Of a DNA stretch of 64,000 bases, positions 1-11,290 are shown piece after piece (positions within the stretch are counted from its first letter, which is position 1; the number at the start of each line of letters is the position of its first letter). The DNA comes from Mobula hypostoma (lineage: Eukaryota). The notes beneath the pieces were generated by a model. That model was not told the origin of the DNA. It saw only the letters and a list, made by a program, of their open reading frames with translations, and made no database searches. The position numbers and the translations under genes were made by a program. The stretch covers positions 95,234,001-95,298,000 of the forward strand of contig NC_086108.1 of NCBI RefSeq assembly GCF_963921235.1, in the 5' to 3' direction.

Positions 1-437
1 GTGAGTAGTAGATAGTAACTGCGTAAAAGAAAATTGGTTTGTATACCTTGCAAATTAGATTTTCATGTCTGGGTTGTGTGTTTAACCACTCCAGTGCAGA
101 CACAACATAGTATCTCTGAAAGTCAAGCAGCGTCTCTGTAAAAAGAGTTAACATTTCAGGTCAAGTAGCTTTAAATCATCAAATATTCTCCATCTTCATT
201 GAGTTGGAATGCCAATTTGTGCCAGTTTGCTCTTTATGTCTATAATATGAACACTAATATAAAGAAATAATCAGATTATCAGACCAGTTATACAATTGTG
301 TTAATCTTGTAAACTTCTATTTTATTGGTCCATAGACTCAATCCATAGACCTGTATTCTTTGTCTCCTGGTGTTTTTCTTTGAGGAAGTTCTGACATAAC
401 ACTGAATTTTTTATCTTTGAACCATTTGCAATAACAG
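1..437 (+). other. EVI5: Probable EVI5 intron (window appears to start at a splice donor)
   Basis: The window begins with GTGAGT, a perfect 5' splice consensus, and the intron ends ...ATAACAG at 437 before the first exon. The upstream exon is not visible. Confidence 0.55.
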
Positions 438-578
438 AGAAACAGCTCCTTGCCTGATGAGAATAACGTGGCCAGATTGCAAGAGGAGCTTATTGGAGCA
501 AAACTAAGGGAAGCAGAGGCAGTAATGAGTATTAAAGAACTTGGGCAGCAGGTTAAAGATTTGGACGATCATTGGCAG
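438..578 (+). CDS. EVI5: EVI5 (Rab-GAP, ecotropic viral integration site 5) coding exon, coiled-coil region
   Basis: AG/GT bounded, 141 nt, phase 0. Translates RNSSLPDENNVARLQEELIGAKLREAEAVMSIKELGQQVKDLDDHWQ, matching recalled vertebrate EVI5 LPDENNIARLQEELIAVKLREAEAIMGLKELRQQVKDLEEHWQ. Confidence 0.93.
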
Positions 579-1244
579 GTAAAAGAAACCTTATTCCAGT
601 TGGCACTTGCTAATGTATCACTGTTTTCTTTTGGTAGCATGACGTTCAGTATTCATTGTATAAAATGTTTATCAGGACTACTGAAAGCAATATTGGCATT
701 TTATAGAAAATTCTTAGTATTATGGATGATTTATTTTTTGCAGTAGAAATTCATTGTCTGCTGTAAGTTGTTAACTGCAATGGAATTTGCTGTCCAGACA
801 CTGATATTAAATACAATGGCAGCTTCTTGCAGCCAGACCTTATATTTACATAATCAGCATTCTTTTTGCATTGCACTTGTTGAATCACTGCATTTCACTG
901 CGACTTTGAGGGAATAACAATTTTGTTCTCTAAATGACAAAAGCTATAGAACACAAAATAAAACAAAAAAGGGAAAATTGGAATAAAAGGAAGGACTGTT
1001 ATAAATGCCAAGTTCATAATTCAACAGAAAACAGTTCTGAATAGCAAAGGAGGAAGGAAGAGACAGAAAAATGGAAACTGGAAGATCTAAATAAATTGGA
1101 TGGTAACACAAATAGCCAATGTCAGGGATGGGCAAGCTATTAGACAGATTCATTAGGGCAGAATTAATTGCTTGGAAAAGTAAAATGAAAATAACAATCA
1201 GTTTATTGGAGAGACCAGAGACATCAGAATTGTTCTGCTTTGAG

Positions 1245-4200
1245 AAACAACCTAGATGATAATGTAGGGGTATGATTGGTGTGTAGTTGACACAAAAAGT
1301 GGTGGACTTGTAGATAATGATGAAGGCTATTTAAAGATTCAGCAGGATATAGATCAGCAGGAATATTGGCCAGAGTGGTGACACTTGGAATTTACTTCAG
1401 TGCATTTTGGAGGATCAAATTCTGTAAGTTAGTACTTAGAAACATAGAACATAGAAACATAGAAAATCTACAGCCCAATACAGGTCCTTCAGCCCACAAA
1501 GTTGTGCTGAACATGTCCCTACCTTAGAAATTACTAGGCTTACCCATAGCATTCTATTTTTCTAAGCTCCATGTACCTATCCAAAAGTCTCTTAAAAGAC
1601 CTTATCGTATCCGCCTCTACTACCATTGCTGGCAGCCCATTCCATGAACTCACCGCTCCCTGCGTAAAAAAAACTTACCCCTGACATCTCCTCTGTACCT
1701 GCTCCCCAGCATCTTAAACCTGTGTCCTCTTGTGACAACCATTTCAGCCCTGGGAAAAAGCCTCTGGCTATCCACACGATCAATGCCTCTCATCATCTTA
1801 TACACCTCTATCAGGTCACCTCTCATGTGCCAAGGAGAAAAGGCCAAGTTCACTCAAACTGTTTTAATAAGGCATGCTCCCCAATCCAGGCAATATCCTT
1901 GTAAATCTCCTCTGCACCCTTTCTACGGCTTCCACATCCTTCCTGTAGTGAGGCGACCAGAACTGAGCACAGTACTCCAAATAGGGTCTGACCAGGGTCC
2001 TATATAGCTGCAACATTACCTCTCGGCTCCTAAATTCAATTCCACGATTAATGAAGGCCAATGCACTGTATGCCTTCTTAACTACAGAGTCAACCTGAGC
2101 AACTGCTTTGAGTGTCCTATGGACTTGGACCCCAAGATCCCTCTGATCCTCCACACTGCTAAGAGTCTTACCATTAATACTAAATTCTGCCATCATATTT
2201 GACCTACCAAAATGAACCACTTCACACTTATCTGGGTTGAACTCCATCTGCCACTTCTCAGCCCAGTTTTGCATCCTGTTAATGTCCCACTGTAACCTCT
2301 GACAGCCCTCTACACTATCCACAACACCTCCAACCTTTGTGCCATCAGCAAACTTACTAACCCATCCTTCCACTTCCTCATCTAGGTCATTTATAAAAAT
2401 CACGAAGAGTAAGGGTCCCAGAACAGATCCCTGAGGCACACCACTGGTCACCAACCTCCATGCAGAATATGACCAGACTATAACCACTCTTTGCCTTCTG
2501 TGGGCAAGCCAGTTCTGGATCCACAAAGCAATGTCACCTTGGATCCCATGCCTCCTTACTTTCTCAATAAGCCTTGCATGGGGTACCTTATCAAATGCCT
2601 TGCTAAAATCTATATACACTACATCTACTGCTCTTCCTTCATCAATGTGTTTGGTCACATCCTCAAAAAATTCAATCAGGCTTGTAAGGCATGACCTGCC
2701 CTTGATAAAGAGATACTGACTATTCCTAATCATATTATACCTCTCTAAATGTTCATAAATCCTGCCTCTCAGGATCTTGTCCACCAAGTTACCAACCACT
2801 GAAGTAAGACTCACTGGTCTGTCATTTCCTGGGCTATCTCTACTCCCTTTCTTGAATAAAGGAACAACATCTGCAACCTTCCAGTCCTCTGGAACCTCTC
2901 CCATCCCCATTATGATTCAAAGATCATTGCCAGAGGCTCAGCAATCTCCTCCCTCACCTCCCACAGTAGCCTGGGGTACATCTCATCCGGTCCCGGCGAC
3001 TTATCCAACTTGATGCTTTCCAAAAGCTCCAGCACATCCTCTTTCTTAATATCTACATGCTCAAGCTTTTCAGTCTGCTGCAAGTCATCACTACAATCAC
3101 CAAGATCCTTTTCCGTAGTGAATACTGAAGTAAATATCCACACAAATACCCCCGGAGCATTTGCCACATTTATCCCGTACTTTTCCCTGAGAACATTTGT
3201 TCCCAATTTAAGCTTCCAATTTCCTGCCTGATAGCCTCATAATTCCCCTTACTCCAATTAAACGTTTTGCTAACTTGTCTGTTCCTATCTCTCTCCAATG
3301 CGATTGTAAAGGAGATAGAATTATGGTCACTATCTCCAAAATGCTCTCCCACTGCGAGATCTGACACCTGACCAGGTTGATTTCCCAATACCAAATCAAG
3401 TACAGTCTCTCCTCTTATAGGCTTATGTACATATTGTGTTAAGAAACCTTCCTGAACACACCTAACAAACTCCACCCCATCTAAACCCCTTGCTCTAGGG
3501 AGATGCCAATCGATATTTGGGAAATTAAAATCTCCCACCACGACAACTCTGTTATTATTACACCTTTCCAGGATCTGTTTCCCTGTCTGCTCCTCAATAT
3601 CCCTGTTACTATTGGGCGGCTTATAAAAAACACCCAGTAAAGTTATTGACCCCTTCCTGTTCCTAACCTCCACCCACAGAGACTCCGTAGACAATCCCTC
3701 CATGACGTCCACCTTTTCTGCAGTCGTGACACCATGTCTCTGATCAACAGTGCCACGCCCCCACCTCTTTTGCCTCCCTCCCTGTCCCTTCTGAAACATC
3801 TAAAACCCAGCACTTGAAGTAACCATTCCTGTCCCTGAGCCATCCAAGTTTTTATAATGGCCACCACATCATAGCTCCAAGTACTGATCCATGCTGTAAG
3901 CTCACCCGCTTTGTTCACAATACTCCTTGCGTTAAAATAGACACAAACCATCTGTCTGAGCGCGTCCCTTCCCTATCACCTGCCTATCCTCCCTCACACA
4001 CTGTCTCCTCGCTTTCTGTATTTGTGAGCCAAGTGTCTCTTCCCCAGTCTCTTCAGTTCGGTTCCCACCCCCCAACAATTCTAGTTTAAACTCTCCCCAG
4101 TAACCTTAACAAACCTCCCTGCCAGGATATTGGTCCCCTTGGGATTCAAGTGCAACCCATCCTTTTTGTACAGGTCACACCTGCCCCAAAGGAGGTCCCA

Positions 4201-5735
4201 ATGATCCAGAAATCTGAATCCCTGCTCCAATCCGTCAGCCACGCATTTGTCCTCCACCTCATTCTATTCCTGTACTCACTGTCGGGTGACACAGGCAATA
4301 ATCCCGAGATTACTACCTTTGCGGTCCTGCTTCTCAACTTCCTTCCCAACTCCCTGTAGTCTTTTTTCAGGACCTCTTCCTTTTTCCTACCTATGTCATT
4401 GGTACCAATATGTACCATGTCCTCTGGCTGTTCTCCCTCCCACTGCAGGATATCTTGGACACGATCTGAAACATCCCAGCCCCCGGCCCCTGGCACCTGG
4501 GAGGCAAACTACCATCAGAGTTTCTTTCCTGCATCCACAGAATTGCCTGTCTGACCCCCTAACTATAGAGTCCCCTATCACTGCTGCCTTCCTCTTCCTT
4601 TCCATACCCTTCAAAGTCACAGGGTCAGACTCAGTGCCAGAGGCACAGCCACTGTCGCTTCCCCCAGCTAGGCTGTCCCCCCCCAACAGTACTCAAACAG
4701 GAGTACTTATTGTGAAGGAGTACAACCACAGGGTTACTCTCTAGTACCTGACTTTTCCTCTTCACTCTCTTGACTGTGACCCACTTATCTGTCTCCTGTA
4801 GCCCTGGTGTGACCACCTCCTCACTCTACCTGACCAGGCGAAGGTCATCGAGCTGCATCTCCAGTTCCTTAATGCGGTCCCTTAGGAGCTGCAGCTCAGC
4901 ACACCTGGCGCAGATATGGCTGTCCGGGAGGCTGGGAGACTCCAGGACCTTCCACATCTGACTCCGAGCACAGAAAACCTGCCGCACACAGATACTACTT
5001 CTTTTCCGCAATTAACATAGGTAGACCTACTTCGCCTTGCCTAAAATTAAATGACATGGACCTTGGGGATGTTGAAATACATAGAAAACCATAGCTCTGT
5101 GAAAGTTGTATCACAGATGGATAGGTGGTGAAACAGCACATTTGGAATGCTTGGCTTTATATACTGAGTATTGAACACAACAGTTGAGATGTAAATTGCA
5201 GCTTACAGAACACCGCTTAGACCACTTTTGGAGTAGTGTGTACAGTTCTACAAATGTACACTACTACAAATATACACCATAGAAAGGATGTGGTAGCAAC
5301 AGAGTATAGCAAAGATTCATGGGGATGTTGTGTGGAATAGAGGGCTTGTAAGTATGAGAGATCGGATGGTAACAATAGACCCAGACTGAAATGTAGAAGG
5401 CTGAAGGATGATTTACAGATGTTTACACAATTATGAAGTGAGAGATGGTTAGGGCCTTTTATTTCGAGTCCAGGAGAATCCAAAATTATGGGCTACAGTG
5501 GAGAAATTTTAAGGAGATCTAAGCTTTTCCACGTGAGTATTTGGAACAAGGCAGGTAATGTTATAACATTTAACACATTGGGCAGGTACTTGGATTGGAA
5601 AGGAATAGAGGGATACAGGCCTAATGAGGGAAAATAGAATTAGTTTAGATGAGCTTTGTGGTCACTATTTACAAGGTGGGCTGTTGGGATCCCTTTCTGT
5701 GTTGTGCATTTCTCTGATTCTGTGATTCTAATTGA
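1245..5735 (+). mobile_element. Old degenerate CR1 LINE RT/3' fragment, split by a younger CR1 (pieces about 1245-1437 and 5045-5735)
   Basis: Degenerate DTK-GG-VD...QQDID sequence left of 1438 continues as DLG...KV..Q.DRVV...LEY-like sequence and a 3' UTR to the right of 5040. Confidence 0.65.
1438..5040 (-). mobile_element. Near full-length, decayed CR1 LINE (ORF1 zinc finger/esterase, ORF2 APE plus RT)
   Basis: (TTCTATGT)n tail at 1438-1465. RT ORF 1864-2910 ([21 protein letters not shown]). APE pieces 3170-3951 (NARSI, GDFN, LDL, SDH). ORF1 pieces with CxxC/zipper (4826-5011) and GDS esterase (VIGDSIVR, HIGTND). An internal deletion of about 360 bp near 3135 relative to the related copy at 44916-47035. 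Confidence 0.9.
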
Positions 5736-7250
5736 TCATCAGAATTGTGTAATGTTTTGTTAGAAGAACTAAAAGGTAGATAATTGGCCAAAGAGCCAGA
5801 GGTGACATGAAAGCAATACTTTCAACACTTAGTTGCTTTTAAGTGGAAATGTTTGCAGAACATGGAGTATTATAATGAGATAGCTCTTTCAGAGAGGTGA
5901 CACAGCATGTGATAGATCAAATGATGTCCTTCTCCACTGAATCATTCTGTAATTCTCCAATCCTTCATCCAGAGATAAAATCTTACCAAATTTTGAACAT
6001 TACTCCCAGATCAATGGCAAGGCTGCTTGTACTTCATAACGCAGCTCAGCATAGAATTGTAAACTCAGCATTATCGACTGTCTTTAGATTTCTGTTAGTC
6101 TTTCTCTTTCTGTTTTAAATCTGTTTTATTTTTTCCTTTTGCTTTTCTTTCTCTTCCCTCCACCTTTGAAACTATCATTGATTCTCTAGTATTTGTTTAT
6201 TTTCTGTAACTCCACGTGCCATGTTTCATATTTTCTTTCTCCTCAAAAAGCAGTTCAATTGACTGACTTCATACTTATTTTCAGGTTGAGTATTTCCAAA
6301 ACATGCCAGTGATTGTCTTAAAAATTTAGTCCACAACTTGTGTATTTAGAGTAGCTGTTAGACTTCTGATGAAGTATGGAAGACATGAAAAAACTCTCGT
6401 AATTTTGTTTTACAATGACGTTGAAGACTATCGAAGAGCAGTTCTAGGGATGTTAGCAGTAATCATGGAAGGTTAAGAATGGATGTTTTAGCAAATATGT
6501 TACCACTTCAAACATTTGTGTTTTTATATTTAGCAATTGTTAAAGTTTTGTATTACTATTTGCATTAGAAACATACATATAGATAGATACGTAGAGAAAT
6601 ATGGAAATGGGGGGGAGAGAATGAATTTCTATGAGATGCCATGGTATCTTTCTACCTTTAAAATTATATATAACCTTGAAGTCACAGAAATGTACTAAGG
6701 CATCTCATAGAAATATAAGTTAATACAATTTTATGTTGCAATTATGATGTTAGTATTATGCGTCATCTGCCGTTGGGTAACAATATCTCAAGCAAATAAT
6801 GGTGTAGAACAGGTGCTGAAGCTTAAGCAGAAAATACCTGAAATTCTAAACAGTGATCATATGAACATCAATGTTGGATGGAAGAAAGAGCAAATGCATT
6901 AGACAATGGAATCAAAGGACTTCTGTTGGCTGGAAGACTGCAGAAAACTTTGAAGGCTGGAAGGGATGAAAAATCTGTGAAACTTGAGTCTAACATGAGC
7001 CACCATTGACTTGCAGCCCTTGCAAAGAAAAACAATGGTATAAATAGAAACTATTCATGTTGTTGGCAAGATTAATCACTAGAGGAATGAAGATGATTGG
7101 CAAAAGAGCCATACATGAAATGAACAAAAGCTGTTTTCAGTTCCAGTTTTTCGTGCCGTGGAAGCACTGTTAGGGGTAGTAAAGAAGGCACTTTCATTTG
7201 CGGTGAAAGAGAAGAGTTTGCAGGGTCACGGACAAAGGTGGGAGAAGATA

Positions 7251-7380
7251 TAGTCTGTGAGCCAGGACCCCAAATTTGGGCCACTGGTACCATCTGGGGG
7301 GAATAATTCTTATTGTGATTTTTGGCAAGGTATACACCCCTAGTGCTAAAAAATGTGATAGCATTGCAGCAGTGGTAGCT
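7251..7380 (+). repeat. Academ left terminal inverted repeat
   Basis: TAGTCTGTGAGCCAG..GGTACCATCTG..GAATAAT..GATTTTTGGCAAGGTATACA..GTGATAGCATTGCA.CAGTGG.AGCT, collinear with the reverse complement of 13774-13893. Confidence 0.88.
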
Positions 7381-8111
7381 CGTACATGAATGGGTCAACC
7401 CATTTGCAGAGAAGCGGGACCTCATTAGCATCACTACGGCAAAGGCAGCCCCCAAGGACATTGCCTCTGACCTGATGAAGGCATATGAGATTGGTGAGCA
7501 ATGCAATGCAACATTCAAGGATGAGAGACTAGAGGAAGATCCACCAGCAAAGAAGTTCCATGATCCAATGAAAACCAACAAGCTGAAAACATTCAGTGAT
7601 ATGTGTAAGAAGAGAGAAGTGAAATCAAATGATCACCTTGAAAGCAGACAGGTCTTGTTTGGACGCATCATAGTGATGGCACAAGGGCGCAGTCTACATA
7701 TGGAGGGTATCCTTTCTCTTGCCCTAGGCCCTGTCCACACCAGAAGGATTGCTGAGAAAGGCAAATGAAGCTACTTTCGCCACAACCTTGCAGAAAAATG
7801 TAGCAGTAGAAGAGCAACTCCCAGGAAACTCTGCTACAGTGGTTGATGGAATGAACTTGGTCCAAAGAGTGAAAGGTGATCAAGTTACTTTCAGAGATGT
7901 TGCCACAACAATTCTGGGTATGACTCTGAGGGAAGGCAGTCAGAGTAGCAGAATAGATCTGTTCAACACATACAAGGAGAACTCTGTCAAGAATAGTGAA
8001 AGATCTCTACAGGGTGAAGAGACTGGTCATGAGTTGCAAGGTATCACAGGCACACAGATGGTGAGGCAGTGGAGGAGCTTCCTGACCAAAGTCAGCAACA
8101 AAAATAGTCTC

Positions 8112-9841
8112 GCAACATACATCAAAGTTGCTGGTGAACGCAGCAGGCCAAGCAGCATCTATAGGAAGAGGCGCAGTCGACGTTTCAGGCCGAGACCCTT
8201 CGTCAGGACTAACTGAAGGAAGAGTGAGTAAGGGATTTGAAAGCTGGAGGGGGAGGGGGAGATGCAAAATGATAGGAGAAGACAGGAGGGGGAGGGATAG
8301 AGCCGAGAGCTGGACAGGTGATAGGCAAAAGGGGATACGAGAGGATCATGGGACAGGAGGCCTAGGGAGAAAGACGGGGGGGGGGGGGACCCAGAGGATG
8401 GGCAAGAGGTATATTCAGAGGGACAGAGGGAGAAAAAGGAGAGTGAGAGAAAGAATGTGTGCATAAAAAGGAGTAACAGCTGGGGTACGAGGGGGAGGTG
8501 GGGCCTAGCGGAAGTTAGAGAAGTCAATGTTCATGCCATCAGGTTGGAGGCTACCCAGACGGAATATAAGGTGTTGTTCCTCCAACCTGAGTGTGGCTTC
8601 ATCTTTACAGTAGAGGAGGCCGTGGATAGACATGTCAGAATGGGATGTGGAATTAAAATGTGTGGCCACTGGGAGATCCTGCTTTCTCTGGCGGACAGAG
8701 CGTAGATGTTCAGCAAAGCGGTCTCCCAGTCTGCGTCGGGTCTCACCAATATATAAAAGGCCACATCGGGAGCACCGGACGCAGTATATCACTCCAGTCG
8801 ACTCACAGGTGAAGTGATGCCTCACCTGGAAGGACTGTTTGGGGCCCTGAATGGTGGTAAGGGAGGAAGTGTAAGGGCATGTGTAGCACTTGTTCCGCTT
8901 ACACGGATAAGTGCCAGGAGGGAGATCAGTGGGGAGGGATGGGGGGGACGAATGGACAAGGGAGTTGTGTAGGGAGCGATCCCTGCGGAATGCAGAGAGA
9001 GGGGGAGAGGGAAAGATGTGCTTAGTGGTGGGATCCCGTTGGAGGTGGCGGAAGTTACGGAGAATAATATATTGGACCCGGAGGCTGGTGGGGTGGTAGG
9101 TGAGGACCAGGGGAACCCTATTCCTAGTGGGGTGGTGGGAGGATGGAGTGAGAGCAGATGTACGTGAAATGGAGGAGATGCGTTTAAGAGCAGAGTTGAT
9201 AGTGGAGGAAGGGAAGCCCCTTTCTTTAAAAAATGAAGACATCTCCCTCGTCCTAGAATGAAAAGCCTCATCCTGAGAGCAGATGCGGCGGAGACGGAGG
9301 AATTGCGAGAAGGGGATGGCGTTTTTGCAAGAGACAGGGTGAGAAGAGGAATAGTCCAGATAGCTGTGAGAGTCAGTAGGCTTATAGTAGATATCAGTGG
9401 ATAAGCTGTCTCCAGAGACAGAGACAGAAAGATCTAGAAAGGGGAGGGAGGTGTCGGAAATGGACCAGGTAAACTTGAGGGCAGGGTGAAAGTTGGAGGC
9501 AAAGTTAATAAAGTCAACGAGTTCTGCATGTGTGCAGGAAGCAGCGCCAATGCAGTCGTCGATGTAGCGAAGGAAAAGTGGGGGACAGATACCAGAATAG
9601 GCACGGAACATAGATTGTTCCACAAACCCAACAAAAAGGCAGGCATAGCTAGGTGCCCATAGCTACACCTTTAGTTTGGAGGAAATGGGAGGAGCAAAAG
9701 GAGAAATTATTAAGAGTAAGGACTAATTCCGCTAGACGGAGCAGAGTGGTGGTAGAGGGGAACTGATTAGGTCTGGAATCCAAAAAGAAGCGTAGAGCTT
9801 TGAGACCTTCCTGATGGGGGATGGAAGTATATAAGGACACA
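8112..9841 (-). mobile_element. Penelope-like retroelement (Neptune-type), 5'-truncated: RT plus GIY-YIG endonuclease
   Basis: ORFs 9649-9840 (SLYTSIP, KGVAMGT) and 8505-9623 (RYIDD, PFLDL, CKRNKCYTC linker, VIYC..C..C...YIGET). Exact 16-bp TSD CAACAAAAATAGTCTC at 8096-8111 and 9842-9857. Confidence 0.92.
8175..8210 (-). ncRNA. Minimal type I hammerhead ribozyme motif in the Penelope 3' region
   Basis: Minus strand AGTC-CTGACGA-AGGGTCTCGGCCT-GAAACGTC-GACT: intact CUGANGA/GAAA/GUC core, stem I AGTC/GACT, stem II AGG/CCT. Confidence 0.75.
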
Positions 9842-10980
9842 CAACAAAAATAGTCTCATTAGCTTCATAGTCCATGAATGGAGGAAGGTGGAGTACAGAA
9901 CAAAGCTACAGGAGAAGATTCTGTATGCGACTGTGAATGACAAATGTTACAGAATCACATCTCAAGACAGTGAGGAGGTGTCAGCAAGAAGCAGCAGCTG
10001 GCCGCCTACTTCTCCATGCTGCCCATGCCACAAGAGAGGGATACCAATCTGTAGTGATCTGCTCAGAAGACACAGATATTTTTATCATGTCTTTAGCATT
10101 TTGTGACAAGATTGAGGCCCCATTGTTCCAGAGGTGTGGCACTAGAACCCGTACAAGGCTTGTAGACATCAGGAAGGTTGCTGCCACGTTGGCATAGAGG
10201 TTTGTAGGGCTCTCATCGGATTGCACGTATATACAGGATGTGATACTGTAAGCGCTTTTGCAAACAAAGGGAAGACAAGTGTCCAAAAACTTCTGACCAG
10301 CAACAGGGAAACTCAGGACAGACTCTTAGAGTTGGGTCAGGAATGGGACCTCTCCCCAGAACTGGTGGACAAACAGAAGGCATTTACATGTCTCCTGTAT
10401 GCCCCAAAAGCATCGACCACCAAGGTCGATGAGCTCAGGTATCACCTTTTCTGTGCCAAAAAAGGTGAAATCGAAAGTCATCAACTCCCACCATGCAAGG
10501 ACTGTTTAACAAAACATGCACAGCGAGCCAACTGCCAGGCTGGTATATGTAGATGTTTGGAGAAGGACCCACAAGTGCCAAGCCCTGATAGCAGAGGATG
10601 GAAGATGGAGAGAGAAGAGGAAGCTGAACAGTTGGTGGTGCACTGGATGGAAGGCCAGCCAGCACTCGATGCGGTCCTGGATCTACTGGCCTGTAACTGT
10701 CCAAAAAAATGTTCACTTCCAGGATGTATATGTGTTGCAAATGGCCTCAGGTTTACTGACATGTGTAGACTGGCAGACTGTGAACCAGGCATCCACCTCA
10801 GAGAGTGTGGAAAGTTCAGATGAAGATGTGGAAGACTTGGAAAATTATGATTATAGATAAAGGGCAGATGAGCTCCTTGTGGGCCAACAGCCATCTTCCG
10901 TGGAAGAGATTAAAGCCTCACCACATATCTACGAATCGTATGCTATGCACTTAGTTAGAAGAGACATGATGAACTTGGGC

Positions 10981-11158
10981 GCTGCACTTTGTGCCTGGAC
11001 CTGCCCAAGGCCTCCACCTAAAGAAGGGCCGAGCTTGAAGAAGCAGCCACTGCTGGAGGCCAACACGGCCTCAGATTCGAGTTTGGCAGGGGCAGCGGCG
11101 GGCGGTGCCAAGGCGGCCAGCAAGAACAAACTGGAGGAGAGGCTGTACTCAGTGCTGT
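10981..11158 (+). pseudogene. CYHR1: Captured, circularly permuted fragment of CYHR1/ZFTRAF1 first coding exon
   Basis: 11021-11158 encodes EGPSLKKQ...[22 protein letters not shown]+T. 10981-11020 encodes GC+[12 protein letters not shown]+TA. Joining 11158 to 10981 gives [24 protein letters not shown], versus recalled CYHR1 [24 protein letters not shown]. Confidence 0.8.
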
Positions 11159-11290
11159 CGCAAGATCAAAGAAGATGGTGGTGCATAGCCCTGGTTTCGG
11201 GATGGCACCCACTGACTGACTGACTGAATAGGTTATGAAAGTATGGAAAACAAACTATGGAAAGCAGTCTTTGATTAAATATATTCATTT

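Larger units (their letters stand above)
7382..10860 (+). pseudogene. Frameshifted C-terminal part of the Academ protein (XPG/FEN1-like nuclease plus Cys8 finger), interrupted by Penelope
   Basis: Motifs WVNPF, ATVVDGMNLVQ, FL..VSNKNSLISFIVHEW (restored after removing 8112-9857), LLHAAHA, VVICSEDTDIF, TGCDTVSAF.NKGK, LPPCKDCL.KH.QRAN.QA, PSPDSRGW and terminal CNCPKKCSLPGCICVANGLRFTDMCRLADC. Confidence 0.8.

Noticed and set aside
450..746. 98-aa ORF as a stand-alone gene
   Set aside because: Only 438-578 is exon; the rest is read-through past the GT donor at 579.
10879..11223. 114-aa ORF as a novel chimeric protein
   Set aside because: Non-ATG start, the two CYHR1 blocks are in different frames, and there is no promoter or splice evidence.
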